This document shows, in pieces, positions 21,021 through 29,462 of a DNA stretch of 64,000 nucleotides. The DNA is from Candidatus Omnitrophota bacterium (lineage in GTDB: Bacteria; Omnitrophota; Gorgyraeia; Zapsychrales; Zapsychraceae). The position numbers were made by a program, and so were the translations under genes. Within the stretch, counting starts at the first letter, position 1; every line of letters starts with the position of its first letter. The stretch is from positions 645,149 through 709,148 of the forward strand of contig JBFWOS010000002.1 of NCBI GenBank assembly GCA_050250375.1. Direction: 5' to 3'. A model generated the notes under the pieces. The model had not been told where the DNA came from. It was given only the letters and a program-made list of their open reading frames with translations, and did not search any database.

Positions 21021-21109
21021 GTTTAAAGGTTTAAGGTGAAAGGTTTAAAGGGGATGATTCATATTACCTTTAACTTTAAACTTTAAACGTTAAACTTTAA
21101 ACGTTAAAC
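21021..21109. repeat. Gene-less inverted heptamer arrays (GTTTAAA family)
   Basis: Left gtttaaa ggtttaa ggtgaaa ggtttaa; right ctttaac tttaaac tttaaac gttaaac tttaaac gttaaac. Confidence 0.85.
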
Positions 21110-22306
21110 CGTTAAGGATAGATATTGGCCGACAACCAGGTCCGCAAAGGCAAAACTGCAGGTAAACGCCGGTGACACGGCATTGAGGATATGCAGGCTT
21201 TGGCTGTCCCCTTCAATGATGAAATCACTGACCAGTTCACGGGTGGTCTGGTTGAGCAGCTGGGCCCGGATGCCGGGCTGGGTGTATTCGGTAAATCCGT
21301 CCGGGTCGATCGCCTCGACCATATCCGTGGCCAGGCTGATAAAATATTTTTTGTTATATTTGCGCAGTTCCTCAAACGCGAGATTCCGGAAACCGAACGA
21401 ATTATTCAGGAAAAGTTTGGACTCTTCAAAACCGATCCGCGTTAATTCATCCAGCCGGAACCGGCTTAATCCGGAATACTGTTCCTTCCAGAATGCCGGT
21501 ATCGCCGTCGGGCCGATCTTGATGTGTCCGTCCACCGTCTTGGTAAAATGCACACCCAGAAACGGGTTCTTCAGATTGGGAACCGGATAAATATTGACCT
21601 TCACATCCGTATCGTTTTTGGTGTATTTCAGGTACAATCCTTTAAAAGGGATAACGGTGTACTTCAGCCCAAAGCCGAAATCACGGGCGATTTTATCGGC
21701 GTAAAGTCCGGCGCAGTTGATGATCATTCCCGCTTCGAATTCCCCCCGGTCCGTGATCAGGGTGTTTTTGTTTCTAGACAAGTATTTGGTCTGATACGAA
21801 AATTCGACGCCCATCTGTTTGAGCTCTTCCACCAGGGTCCGGCAGACTTCCCTGGGATCAATCGAGGCGGTTTCCGGCGACCAGAGGGCTTTTTTAAATG
21901 TCTTGACGTTTGGGTCGATTTCTTTTGCGGCGCCTTCATCAATGATCCGGATATTCGATCCGTTGGCTTTCCCCCGCTGTTCCAGTTCAAAAAGGGTCTT
22001 GAGTTCCTCTTCATTTCTGGCCACAACCAGTTTCCCGCATTCATTGATCTTCAGGCCTTTTTCCCGGCAGTAGGCCTTCATCGCCTGGCTGCCGCTGACC
22101 GTCAATTTCGCCTTCAGGCTGTTGGCGGTGTAATAAAAGCCGGCATGCAAAACTCCGCTGTTGCGACTGGAAGCATGGAACGCTTCGTGGTATTCTTTAT
22201 CAAGGACCAAAACCCCGGCATCCGGCCGTTTGGATTTTATGGTCCTGGCCAGCGTCAATCCGATGATCCCGCTTCCGATGATGATATAATTGTATTTAGC
22301 TGACAT
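21104..22306 (-). CDS. lhgO: L-2-hydroxyglutarate oxidase family FAD enzyme
   Basis: IIGSGIIG, SSRNSGVLHAG, NCAGLYAD, IYPVP..PFLGVHFT, GIRAQ, NAVSPAFT. Confidence 0.9.
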   Translation of the reverse strand: MSAKYNYIIIGSGIIGLTLARTIKSKRPDAGVLVLDKEYHEAFHASSRNSGVLHAGFYYTANSLKAKLTVSGSQAMKAYCREKGLKINECGKLVVARNEEELKTLFELEQRGKANGSNIRIIDEGAAKEIDPNVKTFKKALWSPETASIDPREVCRTLVEELKQMGVEFSYQTKYLSRNKNTLITDRGEFEAGMIINCAGLYADKIARDFGFGLKYTVIPFKGLYLKYTKNDTDVKVNIYPVPNLKNPFLGVHFTKTVDGHIKIGPTAIPAFWKEQYSGLSRFRLDELTRIGFEESKLFLNNSFGFRNLAFEELRKYNKKYFISLATDMVEAIDPDGFTEYTQPGIRAQLLNQTTRELVSDFIIEGDSQSLHILNAVSPAFTCSFAFADLVVGQYLSLTV

Positions 22307-22342
22307 TTTGTATTAAAATATTGAACAAAACAGGAGGCCTAA

Positions 22343-22582
22343 ATGCCTGAACCAGAAGTCCCCCAAAAGAAACCGTATGTGAAAGAAATGGACGCCGGAA
22401 AATACGCCTGGTGTGCCTGCGGCAAATCGGCGAATCAGCCTTTCTGCGACGGATCACACCGCGGCTCAGGATTTTCTCCGGTGATTGTCGAGATCACCGA
22501 GAAAAAGACGGTCGCCTGGTGCGGCTGTAAACATTCCCATAACAAACCGTTTTGTGACGGTACTCACAAAGAACTGACCTGA
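22343..22582 (+). CDS. CDGSH iron-sulfur protein (two motifs)
   Basis: WCACGKS..PFCDGSH and WCGCKHS..PFCDGTH. Confidence 0.95.
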   Translation: MPEPEVPQKKPYVKEMDAGKYAWCACGKSANQPFCDGSHRGSGFSPVIVEITEKKTVAWCGCKHSHNKPFCDGTHKELT

Positions 22583-22830
22583 TGGCCAAGAAAAAATTCA
22601 CCAACGCCCAAAACGCCCCGTTTGTCCTCACCATGAAACCCGGAAAATACGCCTGGTGTTCATGCGGTGAATCAAAAAAACAGCCGTTTTGCGACGGCAC
22701 ACATGAAGAAACCGGTATGTATCCGGTCAGGGTCCACATCACCGAAGAAAAACAGGTGGCCTGGTGCGGGTGTAAATCGACTCAAAATCCGCCGTATTGT
22801 GACGGAACGCATAAAAAATTTATACAGTGA
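22582..22830 (+). CDS. CDGSH iron-sulfur protein (two motifs), tandem paralogue
   Basis: WCSCGES..PFCDGTH and WCGCKST..PYCDGTH. Confidence 0.95.
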   Translation: MAKKKFTNAQNAPFVLTMKPGKYAWCSCGESKKQPFCDGTHEETGMYPVRVHITEEKQVAWCGCKSTQNPPYCDGTHKKFIQ

Positions 22831-22854
22831 TCAGTGGTGTGTGATCAGTGATCA
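22827..22854. repeat. Heptamer tandem array, left arm of element B
   Basis: GTGATCA GTGGTGT GTGATCA GTGATCA; the first unit contains the CDGSH stop TGA. Confidence 0.9.
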
Positions 22855-22859
22855 GAAAT

Positions 22860-23213
22860 TTAATTCAGTTTAACTCTCAGGCCATTCAACATCCGGCCAA
22901 CTTCGTCCGCAATTTTATACAACGATTCGTAATCATTTGTAGGCAGATATTTCAAATCGTGACTGAGAATGAGGTGATATTTTGTTTCTTCCAAGGAGCC
23001 ATGGGCGATTTGTAAGAATCTTACAAAATCTTTCGTTGGTTTTTTTTGCCCTTCAGCTATATTGGCGCACACAGATACAGCGGACCGTCTGAGTTGACTG
23101 ACCAATCCATAAATCTCAAAAGTTGGATATCTTCGGGTGACTGTATAAATTTTTAATGTCAGTGAATGAGCTTTTTTCCAAACATTTAAATCTTGAAAAC
23201 TTTGAATCGACAT
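22860..23213 (-). CDS. Four-helix-bundle protein (23S IVP / bAvd-like)
   Basis: FQDLNVWKKAH..YGLVSQLRRSAVSVCANIAEG..IAHGSLEE; start 23213 after GGGGG SD. Confidence 0.93.
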   Translation of the reverse strand: MSIQSFQDLNVWKKAHSLTLKIYTVTRRYPTFEIYGLVSQLRRSAVSVCANIAEGQKKPTKDFVRFLQIAHGSLEETKYHLILSHDLKYLPTNDYESLYKIADEVGRMLNGLRVKLN

Positions 23214-23262
23214 AATTCCCCCTTTGTTATTTAAAAAGGGGGCTTTCGAGTTTTTTTCTTTC

Positions 23263-23290
23263 TGATCACTGATCCCTGACCACTGATCAC
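23263..23290. repeat. Heptamer tandem array, right (inverted) arm of element B
   Basis: TGATCAC TGATCCC TGACCAC TGATCAC. Confidence 0.9.
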
Positions 23291-23294
23291 TCAA

Positions 23295-23888
23295 TCATTT
23301 TTTCTCTAGCAAGTACAATCCCTGCGTCGCGAAAAGGTTGCGCATATACGGGATCCGTTTGACGCCGTTGATCGCGTTTTCCCGGATGATCGTGATGGAA
23401 TGGTCCCGGCAGAAAACACGGAAATCTTTCAGGCTCAAAAACCGCAGGTTCGGGGTGTCGTACCATTCGTACGGCAGGCCTTTGGTCAGCGGGACCCGGC
23501 CTCCGAAAAAGACCTGCAGACGTGACCGGCTGTAGCAGAAATTCGGAATCCCGACGATAACTTTCTTCCCGACCCGCAGCGCTTCAAGGATTACTTTTTT
23601 GGGATACAGGACTTCCTGGAGACTCTCATTCAGGATGACAAAATCAAACCGTTTGCTGGAATAATCTTCGAGGCCGGTGTCGATATCCCCGTGGGAGACG
23701 CTGACGCCCTTGGCCATGGATTCATAGATCGCCTGTTCATTGATTTCAATCCCGGAAACGTGGCAATGTTTTTCGGTTTTCAGCAGGGCCAGCAAGGACC
23801 CGTCGCCGCAGCCCAGGTCAAGGACCTTGGCCCCTTCCGCGATCATTTCAAGGATGATTTGGTGGTCTAAACGCATCTTATTTTTCAA
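23295..23888 (-). CDS. metW: Methionine biosynthesis protein MetW
   Basis: [19 protein letters not shown]; follows metX. Confidence 0.93.
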   Translation of the reverse strand: MKNKMRLDHQIILEMIAEGAKVLDLGCGDGSLLALLKTEKHCHVSGIEINEQAIYESMAKGVSVSHGDIDTGLEDYSSKRFDFVILNESLQEVLYPKKVILEALRVGKKVIVGIPNFCYSRSRLQVFFGGRVPLTKGLPYEWYDTPNLRFLSLKDFRVFCRDHSITIIRENAINGVKRIPYMRNLFATQGLYLLEKK

Positions 23889-24999
23889 ACCTCTGCAAGA
23901 AATGGGAGACCAGCTTTGACTGGTTTTCGACCTCGACCAAAAACGCGTCGTGGCCGTAACTGGATTCGATCAGGATCGCCGAGACGTCCAGGTCATTGGC
24001 CTTGAGCGCCTTGACCATCTCTTTGGACTGGTACGGCGGATACAGCCAGTCGGAACTGAACGAGATGACCAGAAACGGGCATTTGGCCGGTTTAAACGCC
24101 GACGTGACATCCCCCTTCTCTTCTGTTATATCAAAATAATCCAGCGCCTTGGACAGGTAAAGGTACGAGTTCGCGTCAAACCGCTGGACAAAACTTTCCC
24201 CGCGGTAGTTCAGGTAACTTTCCACTTCAAAGTCGGTCGAGAAATCATAACCCAGGCGTTCTTTTTTCATCAGCTTGCGGCCGAATTTTTCGTCCATGGA
24301 TTTTTCGCTCATATAAGTGATGTGGCCGATCATCCGGGCGACGGCCATGCCGCGCGCCGGGATGCTCTTGCCGTAATAGTCGCCGCCGTCCCAGTCCGGA
24401 TCACTCATGATCGCCCGGCGGGCCACCTCATGCAAGGCGATCTGCTGGGCGGTATGCCGGGTGTTGGTGGCGATGGCAATGCAGGAATCAACCGCGTCCG
24501 GATACATGATCGACCATTTCAGGGCGAGTAATCCGCCCATCGATCCTCCGGCGATGCTCATCAATCGTTTGATCCCAAGATGGTCGATCAGTTTTTTCTG
24601 GACCGCGCACATATCTTCCACCGTGACGACCGGAAAACTCAGTCCGTAAGGACGTCCGGTTTTGGGGTTGGTCGAGGCCGGTCCGGTGCTTCCCTTACAT
24701 CCGCCGATCACGTTCGCGCAGATCACATAATATTTATCGGTGTCAAACGCCTTGCCCGGTCCGATCATGGTGTCCCACCAGCCGGGTTTGTCATCCCCGG
24801 GATGAAAACCGGCGGCATGGGCGTCCGATGTCAGCGAATGGAAGACCAGGATCGCGTTGCTTTTACGGTCGTTGAGTGACCCGTACGTCTCGTAGGCCAC
24901 AGTAATCGGTCCGAGTTTTTCCCCGCTTTTGAGCTTGAGCTCATCCGGCGGTTCGCAAAACGTCACAAATTTTGTCTCGATAATTCCCAGGTCAGGCAT
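23878..24999 (-). CDS. metX: Homoserine O-acyltransferase
   Basis: AYETYG, GWWD, GGSMGG, RFDANSY, SDWLYP, GHDAFL. Confidence 0.95.
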   Translation of the reverse strand: MPDLGIIETKFVTFCEPPDELKLKSGEKLGPITVAYETYGSLNDRKSNAILVFHSLTSDAHAAGFHPGDDKPGWWDTMIGPGKAFDTDKYYVICANVIGGCKGSTGPASTNPKTGRPYGLSFPVVTVEDMCAVQKKLIDHLGIKRLMSIAGGSMGGLLALKWSIMYPDAVDSCIAIATNTRHTAQQIALHEVARRAIMSDPDWDGGDYYGKSIPARGMAVARMIGHITYMSEKSMDEKFGRKLMKKERLGYDFSTDFEVESYLNYRGESFVQRFDANSYLYLSKALDYFDITEEKGDVTSAFKPAKCPFLVISFSSDWLYPPYQSKEMVKALKANDLDVSAILIESSYGHDAFLVEVENQSKLVSHFLQRFEK

Positions 25000-25075
25000 A
25001 ATAAAACGCTTTATGTTAACAGGTTAGAAATATTATGAATGTTAGCACAGGCGGGTTGGCGTGTAAAGCCTGGAA

Positions 25076-25249
25076 TTGATTAGCTGATAAGTGCTTTTAG
25101 GGTGATCAGCAAACGAATACAGAAGAAAAAGATACAAGAGACAAAGGGATTTTTTTGTATCTTGTTACTTGTCTCTTGGGATTTTCTGAGAGGGATTTTT
25201 TCAGATCTTGCGCACTCATTCCGATCACTGACCACTGATCCCTGATCAC
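25076..25249. repeat. Nested gene-less heptamer arrays (GTGATCA outer, GATACAA/GAGACAA inner)
   Basis: Outer right CGATCAC TGACCAC TGATCCC TGATCAC (25222-25249); inner GATACAA GAGACAA vs TTGTATC TTGTTAC TTGTCTC (25131-25175); outer left degenerate. Confidence 0.75.
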
Positions 25250-25251
25250 TT

Positions 25252-26292
25252 TTATGCAGATTTTTTATTGTATTTAAACATCGCCTCAATACACGCGCGG
25301 GCGCGGTCAATGATCTGCGGGTCGATCTTCACCCGGTCACGGTCGGTCGGCTGGGTGAGCACCCGTTTGATATCTTCCAGCGAATTGGATTTCATATATT
25401 TGCACAGGGTGCAGGAGCCTACCAGTTTTTTTTGCGGGAGCTCCACCTGCAGGCGTCCGGCCAGCCCGCATTCGGTCAGCATCAGGAATTCCTTGTCCCG
25501 GGAGGATTTCATGTAATCCAGCAGTTCCGCCGTGCTCCCGACAAAATCAGAATTTTCCACCACCTCCGCGTTGCATTCCGGGTGGCTGATGATCTTCGCC
25601 TTCGGATATTCGGTCTTGACCTTGAAGATCTGTTCGGCCCCGTATTCCTCGTGCACATAACAGGTCCCGTTCCAGTACTGAATATCTTTTTTGACCCCGC
25701 GTTTGGCCAGTTCATTTTTCAGGTTGATCCCCATCAGCTTGTCGGGGAGAAAATAAATCTTGTCGTTGGGGATATTGGTGCAGATCGTATACACATTGGA
25801 CGACGTCACGCAGACATCGCATTCGGCCTTGACCGCGGCCGTTGTGTTGATGTAACAGACAAAGGTATAATCGGGGAATTGTTTACGCAGTTCACGCACC
25901 TGGTCGGCGGTAATCGAATCGGCCAAAGTACAGCCGTCTTCCAGCCCCGGGATCAGGACCTCTTTCTGCGGGCTGAGGATCTTGGCCGTGTCGCCCATAA
26001 ACCGCACCGCGGCGAACACGATCGTGGTCGCGTCGGTCTCCATTGCGTTTTTGCTCAGGATATACGAATCGCCGACATAATCCCCCACCCCGTAAATGAT
26101 CTCCGGCGTCACGTACGAATGCACGAGGATACAGGCGTTGCGCTGCTTTTTAAGGAAATTGATCTCATTGATCAAAGGCACCAGTTCCGCGCATTTCTGC
26201 AGGGAATACTGGCACACCTGTCCGCCCATCTTGACATCTTTCAGCAAATCATACAACTTGTCGGCGGTCATGACCGTGTCATGGGTTAACAT
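25252..26292 (-). CDS. nadA: Quinolinate synthase
   Basis: ILVHSY, VGDSY, GCTLAD, YINT, CVTSSN, CYVH, HPEC, CKYMK. Confidence 0.95.
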   Translation of the reverse strand: MLTHDTVMTADKLYDLLKDVKMGGQVCQYSLQKCAELVPLINEINFLKKQRNACILVHSYVTPEIIYGVGDYVGDSYILSKNAMETDATTIVFAAVRFMGDTAKILSPQKEVLIPGLEDGCTLADSITADQVRELRKQFPDYTFVCYINTTAAVKAECDVCVTSSNVYTICTNIPNDKIYFLPDKLMGINLKNELAKRGVKKDIQYWNGTCYVHEEYGAEQIFKVKTEYPKAKIISHPECNAEVVENSDFVGSTAELLDYMKSSRDKEFLMLTECGLAGRLQVELPQKKLVGSCTLCKYMKSNSLEDIKRVLTQPTDRDRVKIDPQIIDRARACIEAMFKYNKKSA

Positions 26293-27671
26293 GCGGCAAC
26301 CCTTCCTTTTAATACGTTCGGGCTGGCCCCGGTGATCTCCACCCGGACCAGGTCCCCGGTTTTGTATTGGCCGGTCTTGGCGATGATGACGCTTTTATTG
26401 CTGTCCGCCTTTCCGAAATAGGCGTCTTTGGTGCGGTTGGCCTCTTCCGCCTCGATCATCACCGGTTCGACGCGTCCGATATGGTCCCGGTATTTTTTGT
26501 AAGAAATTTCTTTTTGTAATTCATTTAACCCGACGATGCGTTCGGTCTTGATAAAATCCGGAACGTCGTCTTCAAATTTGCGCGACGCGATGGTCTGTTT
26601 GCGCTGGGAATATTTAAACATGAACGCGGAATCAAATTCAACCTTTTTCATCACATCCAGCGTGTCCCGGTGGTCCGCGTCCGTTTCGGTGCAGAAGCCG
26701 ACAATCACGTCCGTGGAGAACGCGATGCCCGGGATCTTCGCACGGATCTTGTCCACAAGCCTTAAAAATTCATCCTTGGTGTACGTGCGGTTCATCATTT
26801 CGAGGATCCGGTCACTGCCTGACTGCAGGGGCAAATGGATCTGTTTGCAGATTTTGGGGTTGTTCGCCATGATGTCCAGGAACTTGTCCGGGAAATCTTT
26901 CGGATGCGGGGATGTGAAACGGATGCGTTCAATCCCGTTGACCTTAGCCACCGCTTCCATGAGATCGGCAAAATCATGTTCTTCGTGACGGTATGAATTG
27001 ACATTCTGGCCCAGCAGGGTGATCTGTTTGAACCCGTCATCGGCCAGGCGTTTGGCCTCATCCACGACATTCGCCAGCGAACGGCTGCGTTCACGCCCGC
27101 GGGTGTACGGCACGACACAGAACGTGCAGAAATTATTGCACCCGCGCATGACCGCGATCCAGGCGTTGATGCCTTTTTCACGTTGCGGATAAACGTCACT
27201 GTACGTCTCGAATTCGGATAACGTCACATCGAAAGGTTTACCTGTAGGGGCGGGTTTTAAACCCGTCCCTACGGCATCATTATCTTCACCGGCAAACGAT
27301 TCCGCAATTAATTGCGGAAGCCTTTTGTAACTATCCGGCCCGGCGATAAAATCAATATTGATATTGCGGTTTTCCAGCAATTCCGTGCGCAGGTTGGTCG
27401 CCATACAGCCCAGGATCCCGATCTTGAAAGGTTTGTCGCGTTTTTCGGGTTCTTTTATTTCATGGCGTTTGTGTTTGATCTCATGGATACGGCCGTAAAT
27501 CTTGCGGTGCGCGTGTTCCCGGATCGCGCAGGTGTTGAGCATAATCACATCCGCCTCCAGTTCATCCGGCGTGAACGAATAATTCTCCTTCGCAAGAATA
27601 GCCTTCACCAGTTCGGTGTCGTATTCGTTCATTTGGCAGCCATAGGTTTCAACAAAAACCTTCTTCATCAT
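26286..27671 (-). CDS. miaB: tRNA-2-methylthio-N6-dimethylallyladenosine synthase
   Basis: ETYGCQMN, NTCAIRE, GCMA, GCNNFCTFC, LGQNVNSY, C-terminal TRAM; start 27671 after GGAGG. Confidence 0.95.
   Translation of the reverse strand: MMKKVFVETYGCQMNEYDTELVKAILAKENYSFTPDELEADVIMLNTCAIREHAHRKIYGRIHEIKHKRHEIKEPEKRDKPFKIGILGCMATNLRTELLENRNINIDFIAGPDSYKRLPQLIAESFAGEDNDAVGTGLKPAPTGKPFDVTLSEFETYSDVYPQREKGINAWIAVMRGCNNFCTFCVVPYTRGRERSRSLANVVDEAKRLADDGFKQITLLGQNVNSYRHEEHDFADLMEAVAKVNGIERIRFTSPHPKDFPDKFLDIMANNPKICKQIHLPLQSGSDRILEMMNRTYTKDEFLRLVDKIRAKIPGIAFSTDVIVGFCTETDADHRDTLDVMKKVEFDSAFMFKYSQRKQTIASRKFEDDVPDFIKTERIVGLNELQKEISYKKYRDHIGRVEPVMIEAEEANRTKDAYFGKADSNKSVIIAKTGQYKTGDLVRVEITGASPNVLKGRVAAC
27244..27272. 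repeat. GTAG-type REP-like palindrome inside miaB
   Basis: GTAGGGGCGGGTTTTAAACCCGTCCCTAC, read as VGTGLKPAPT. Confidence 0.8.
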
Positions 27672-27810
27672 TTCCTCCAGGGTTTTTGTTGAAACCGGGG
27701 TCGATGCGACGATGCATCTGCGGCGCATCGACCGGAAAAATAGCGGTCGTTGAAGTGAATAGTAATCGAATGTGTGTTCATAAAAGTCATAGAAGAATCC
27801 ATTTGATGGA

Positions 27811-27931
27811 TCTTATTAAACCGCAATTATACACCTTATCAGATATTCACGCAAGGCGGGTTTTGGAAGGAACGAGACAACCGTTCTTTTAGTGGAAAAA
27901 GGCTGGAAACCATCGCTTTAGGAGAAACGAC
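27811..27931. repeat. Long non-coding direct repeat, copy R1
   Basis: tcttattaaaccgcaattatacaccttatcagatattcacgcaaggcgggttttggaaggaa...ttttagtggaaa..ggctggaaa...ttaggagaaacg. Confidence 0.95.
27826..27854 (-). promoter_or_regulatory. sigma70 promoter within R1 (identical in R2 and R3), pointing at miaB
   Basis: Minus strand TTGCGT-17 nt-TATAAT. Confidence 0.65.
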
Positions 27932-28011
27932 TATTTTTCCAAAGTCTGAATGCAAACTTTTTTATTTGCGGAAGTTATCATATTTCAATTTTCAAAGTTA
28001 TTAAACGTAAT

Positions 28012-28185
28012 TCAGGATATTGAAAACGGCACATCGACAATTAACATTTTTTTCCATTTGGCATAAGCTTTTTTATCAAAAGCATTATTCAAATTAAATT
28101 GAACGAATTGAAGATACTCATCCATGGAAAGCACGTGTTTTTCCTGTTTTGTTCCTTTGATAACCGGTAATTTGAAGTCGTCCAC
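28012..28185 (-). CDS. 57-aa hypothetical protein (not in ORF track)
   Basis: GTG start after GGAGG, overlapping the upstream TAG; VDDFKLPVIKGTKQEKHVLSMDEYLQFVQFNLNNAFDKKAYAKWKKMLIVDVPFSIS. Confidence 0.6.
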   Translation of the reverse strand: MDDFKLPVIKGTKQEKHVLSMDEYLQFVQFNLNNAFDKKAYAKWKKMLIVDVPFSIS

Positions 28186-28335
28186 TATAGCGCCTCCAGA
28201 ATTTTATTATAAATTTCCTCTGTTCCGAATTTCAGGCATAATTCTTTAAATTTTTTATCCTTGAAATTAATATTATTGATTCTGATCAAATTAATAACAT
28301 CCGGTAAATCTTTGGTTAACCGTAATTTCGACCGA
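28185..28335 (-). pseudogene. Start-less 3' fragment, possibly of a nucleotidyltransferase
   Basis: KLRLTKDLPDVINLIRINNINFKDKKFKELCLKFGTEEIYNKILEAL*; no in-frame start before an upstream stop; KDxxD resembles NTase C-termini. Confidence 0.45.
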
Positions 28336-28396
28336 AGATCCGATAGCCATGAGTTTCTATGAAAACGAGCTTCTTATTTTGTTTTATATCAATCAC

Positions 28397-28825
28397 TTAT
28401 AATTCCGTCCTTTTGGTGTTCATCGGTTCATCTGCAGATGAAGGAGTACGAGTAATACGTAGCCAAATTAGTTTTCCAGAATATTTATCGCTGCCTAGTT
28501 CTTTCCTGAGCGATTTGCGCAACTCTGTTAGTAGAGCATCAAGATCAGCAGACTTTTGTGATACAAGTTCATTTACAAGTTTTTGTACAGAAACTATTTG
28601 TTTTTTATTCCCAAAAAGCTGAATATCTGAAACTGCCTGTTCAACATCATCTGCAACTTCATATATCCTTGGATGATGATTTGCCTTTGCAAGAGAACGG
28701 AAAACATCGACTAAATATTTTATTCTTTGTTCTCGTCGTTTATTTTCCCGATCACGCCATGCGGCAAACTGGTGTGAACACACAAGTGTTATTAAAGCTA
28801 CTACAATTGCCGGAATAGAAGTCAT
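28397..28825 (-). CDS. Hypothetical protein, N-terminal TM helix
   Basis: 142-aa AT-rich ORF. Confidence 0.7.
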   Translation of the reverse strand: MTSIPAIVVALITLVCSHQFAAWRDRENKRREQRIKYLVDVFRSLAKANHHPRIYEVADDVEQAVSDIQLFGNKKQIVSVQKLVNELVSQKSADLDALLTELRKSLRKELGSDKYSGKLIWLRITRTPSSADEPMNTKRTEL

Positions 28826-28907
28826 GTTGATGTCTTGTCCAATGTTCTGTTTAATTAACTAATTTTTAAGAAAAGCATAACGGATTTTTAGCTCGACATT
28901 TTCTAAA

Positions 28908-29345
28908 TCAATCTTTCTTAAGAGCTTTTTCAAAATTTAAATTCTCAATATTTTGATTTATTCTTCCTCCCCAAAGATCTTTTCGCATTGCAATGACCGC
29001 CTGTTTATATGACTCAGGGGTTGGATCATTCAAGAAGTTATAACTTTTTAACAAAACATCATCTGAAGCATAAAGAATCATATTGTTCCATTCAGTTTTT
29101 AATTCTAAATATAGTCGCTCTTTTGAATTTAAGTCAGGTCTTTGAATTATAAGGAAATCTGACGAATCTTTATATTCCAGGTATCCATACATCAAAAGTA
29201 TGATGGCTTTATATCTCGTTTCTTTATATTGCTGCTTTTGTAGCGATACCGCTTTATTACGCTCCCAAATATTATTAAAGAAGGCGCCAATAATTCCTCC
29301 GATTCCAAGAAGGCTCAGTATTGGAATTATTTCGCTAATTATCAT
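28908..29345 (-). CDS. Hypothetical protein, N-terminal TM helix
   Basis: 145-aa AT-rich ORF; GGAG SD. Confidence 0.7.
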   Translation of the reverse strand: MIISEIIPILSLLGIGGIIGAFFNNIWERNKAVSLQKQQYKETRYKAIILLMYGYLEYKDSSDFLIIQRPDLNSKERLYLELKTEWNNMILYASDDVLLKSYNFLNDPTPESYKQAVIAMRKDLWGGRINQNIENLNFEKALKKD

Positions 29346-29462
29346 TATCGGTATCTCCGTTATCTCTAAATAGAATGTGCCCTATCAATTTCTGAGCAAT
29401 TTTCAGCATGGTCGTCCTTTTTCTTGCCCAATGGTCAGCCGAATGTCCATAGGTATATTTTT

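Noticed and set aside
19529-23213. Diversity-generating retroelement suggested by Avd-like genes
   Set aside because: No reverse transcriptase and no TR/VR pair with adenine-specific mismatches seen in the window.
23214-23294. N-terminal extension MSDQWSGISDQ of the second four-helix protein
   Set aside because: It is translated heptamer array; the paralogue and the SD support the start at 23213.
25000-25250. SAM riboswitch upstream of metX
   Set aside because: No SAM-I core recognised; the structure is explained by heptamer arrays, and a TTTACA-17-TAACAT promoter lies close to metX.
21524-26289. Long antisense ORFs (21524-22303, 23950-24531, 25432-26289)
   Set aside because: They lie opposite well-supported genes and show no motifs.
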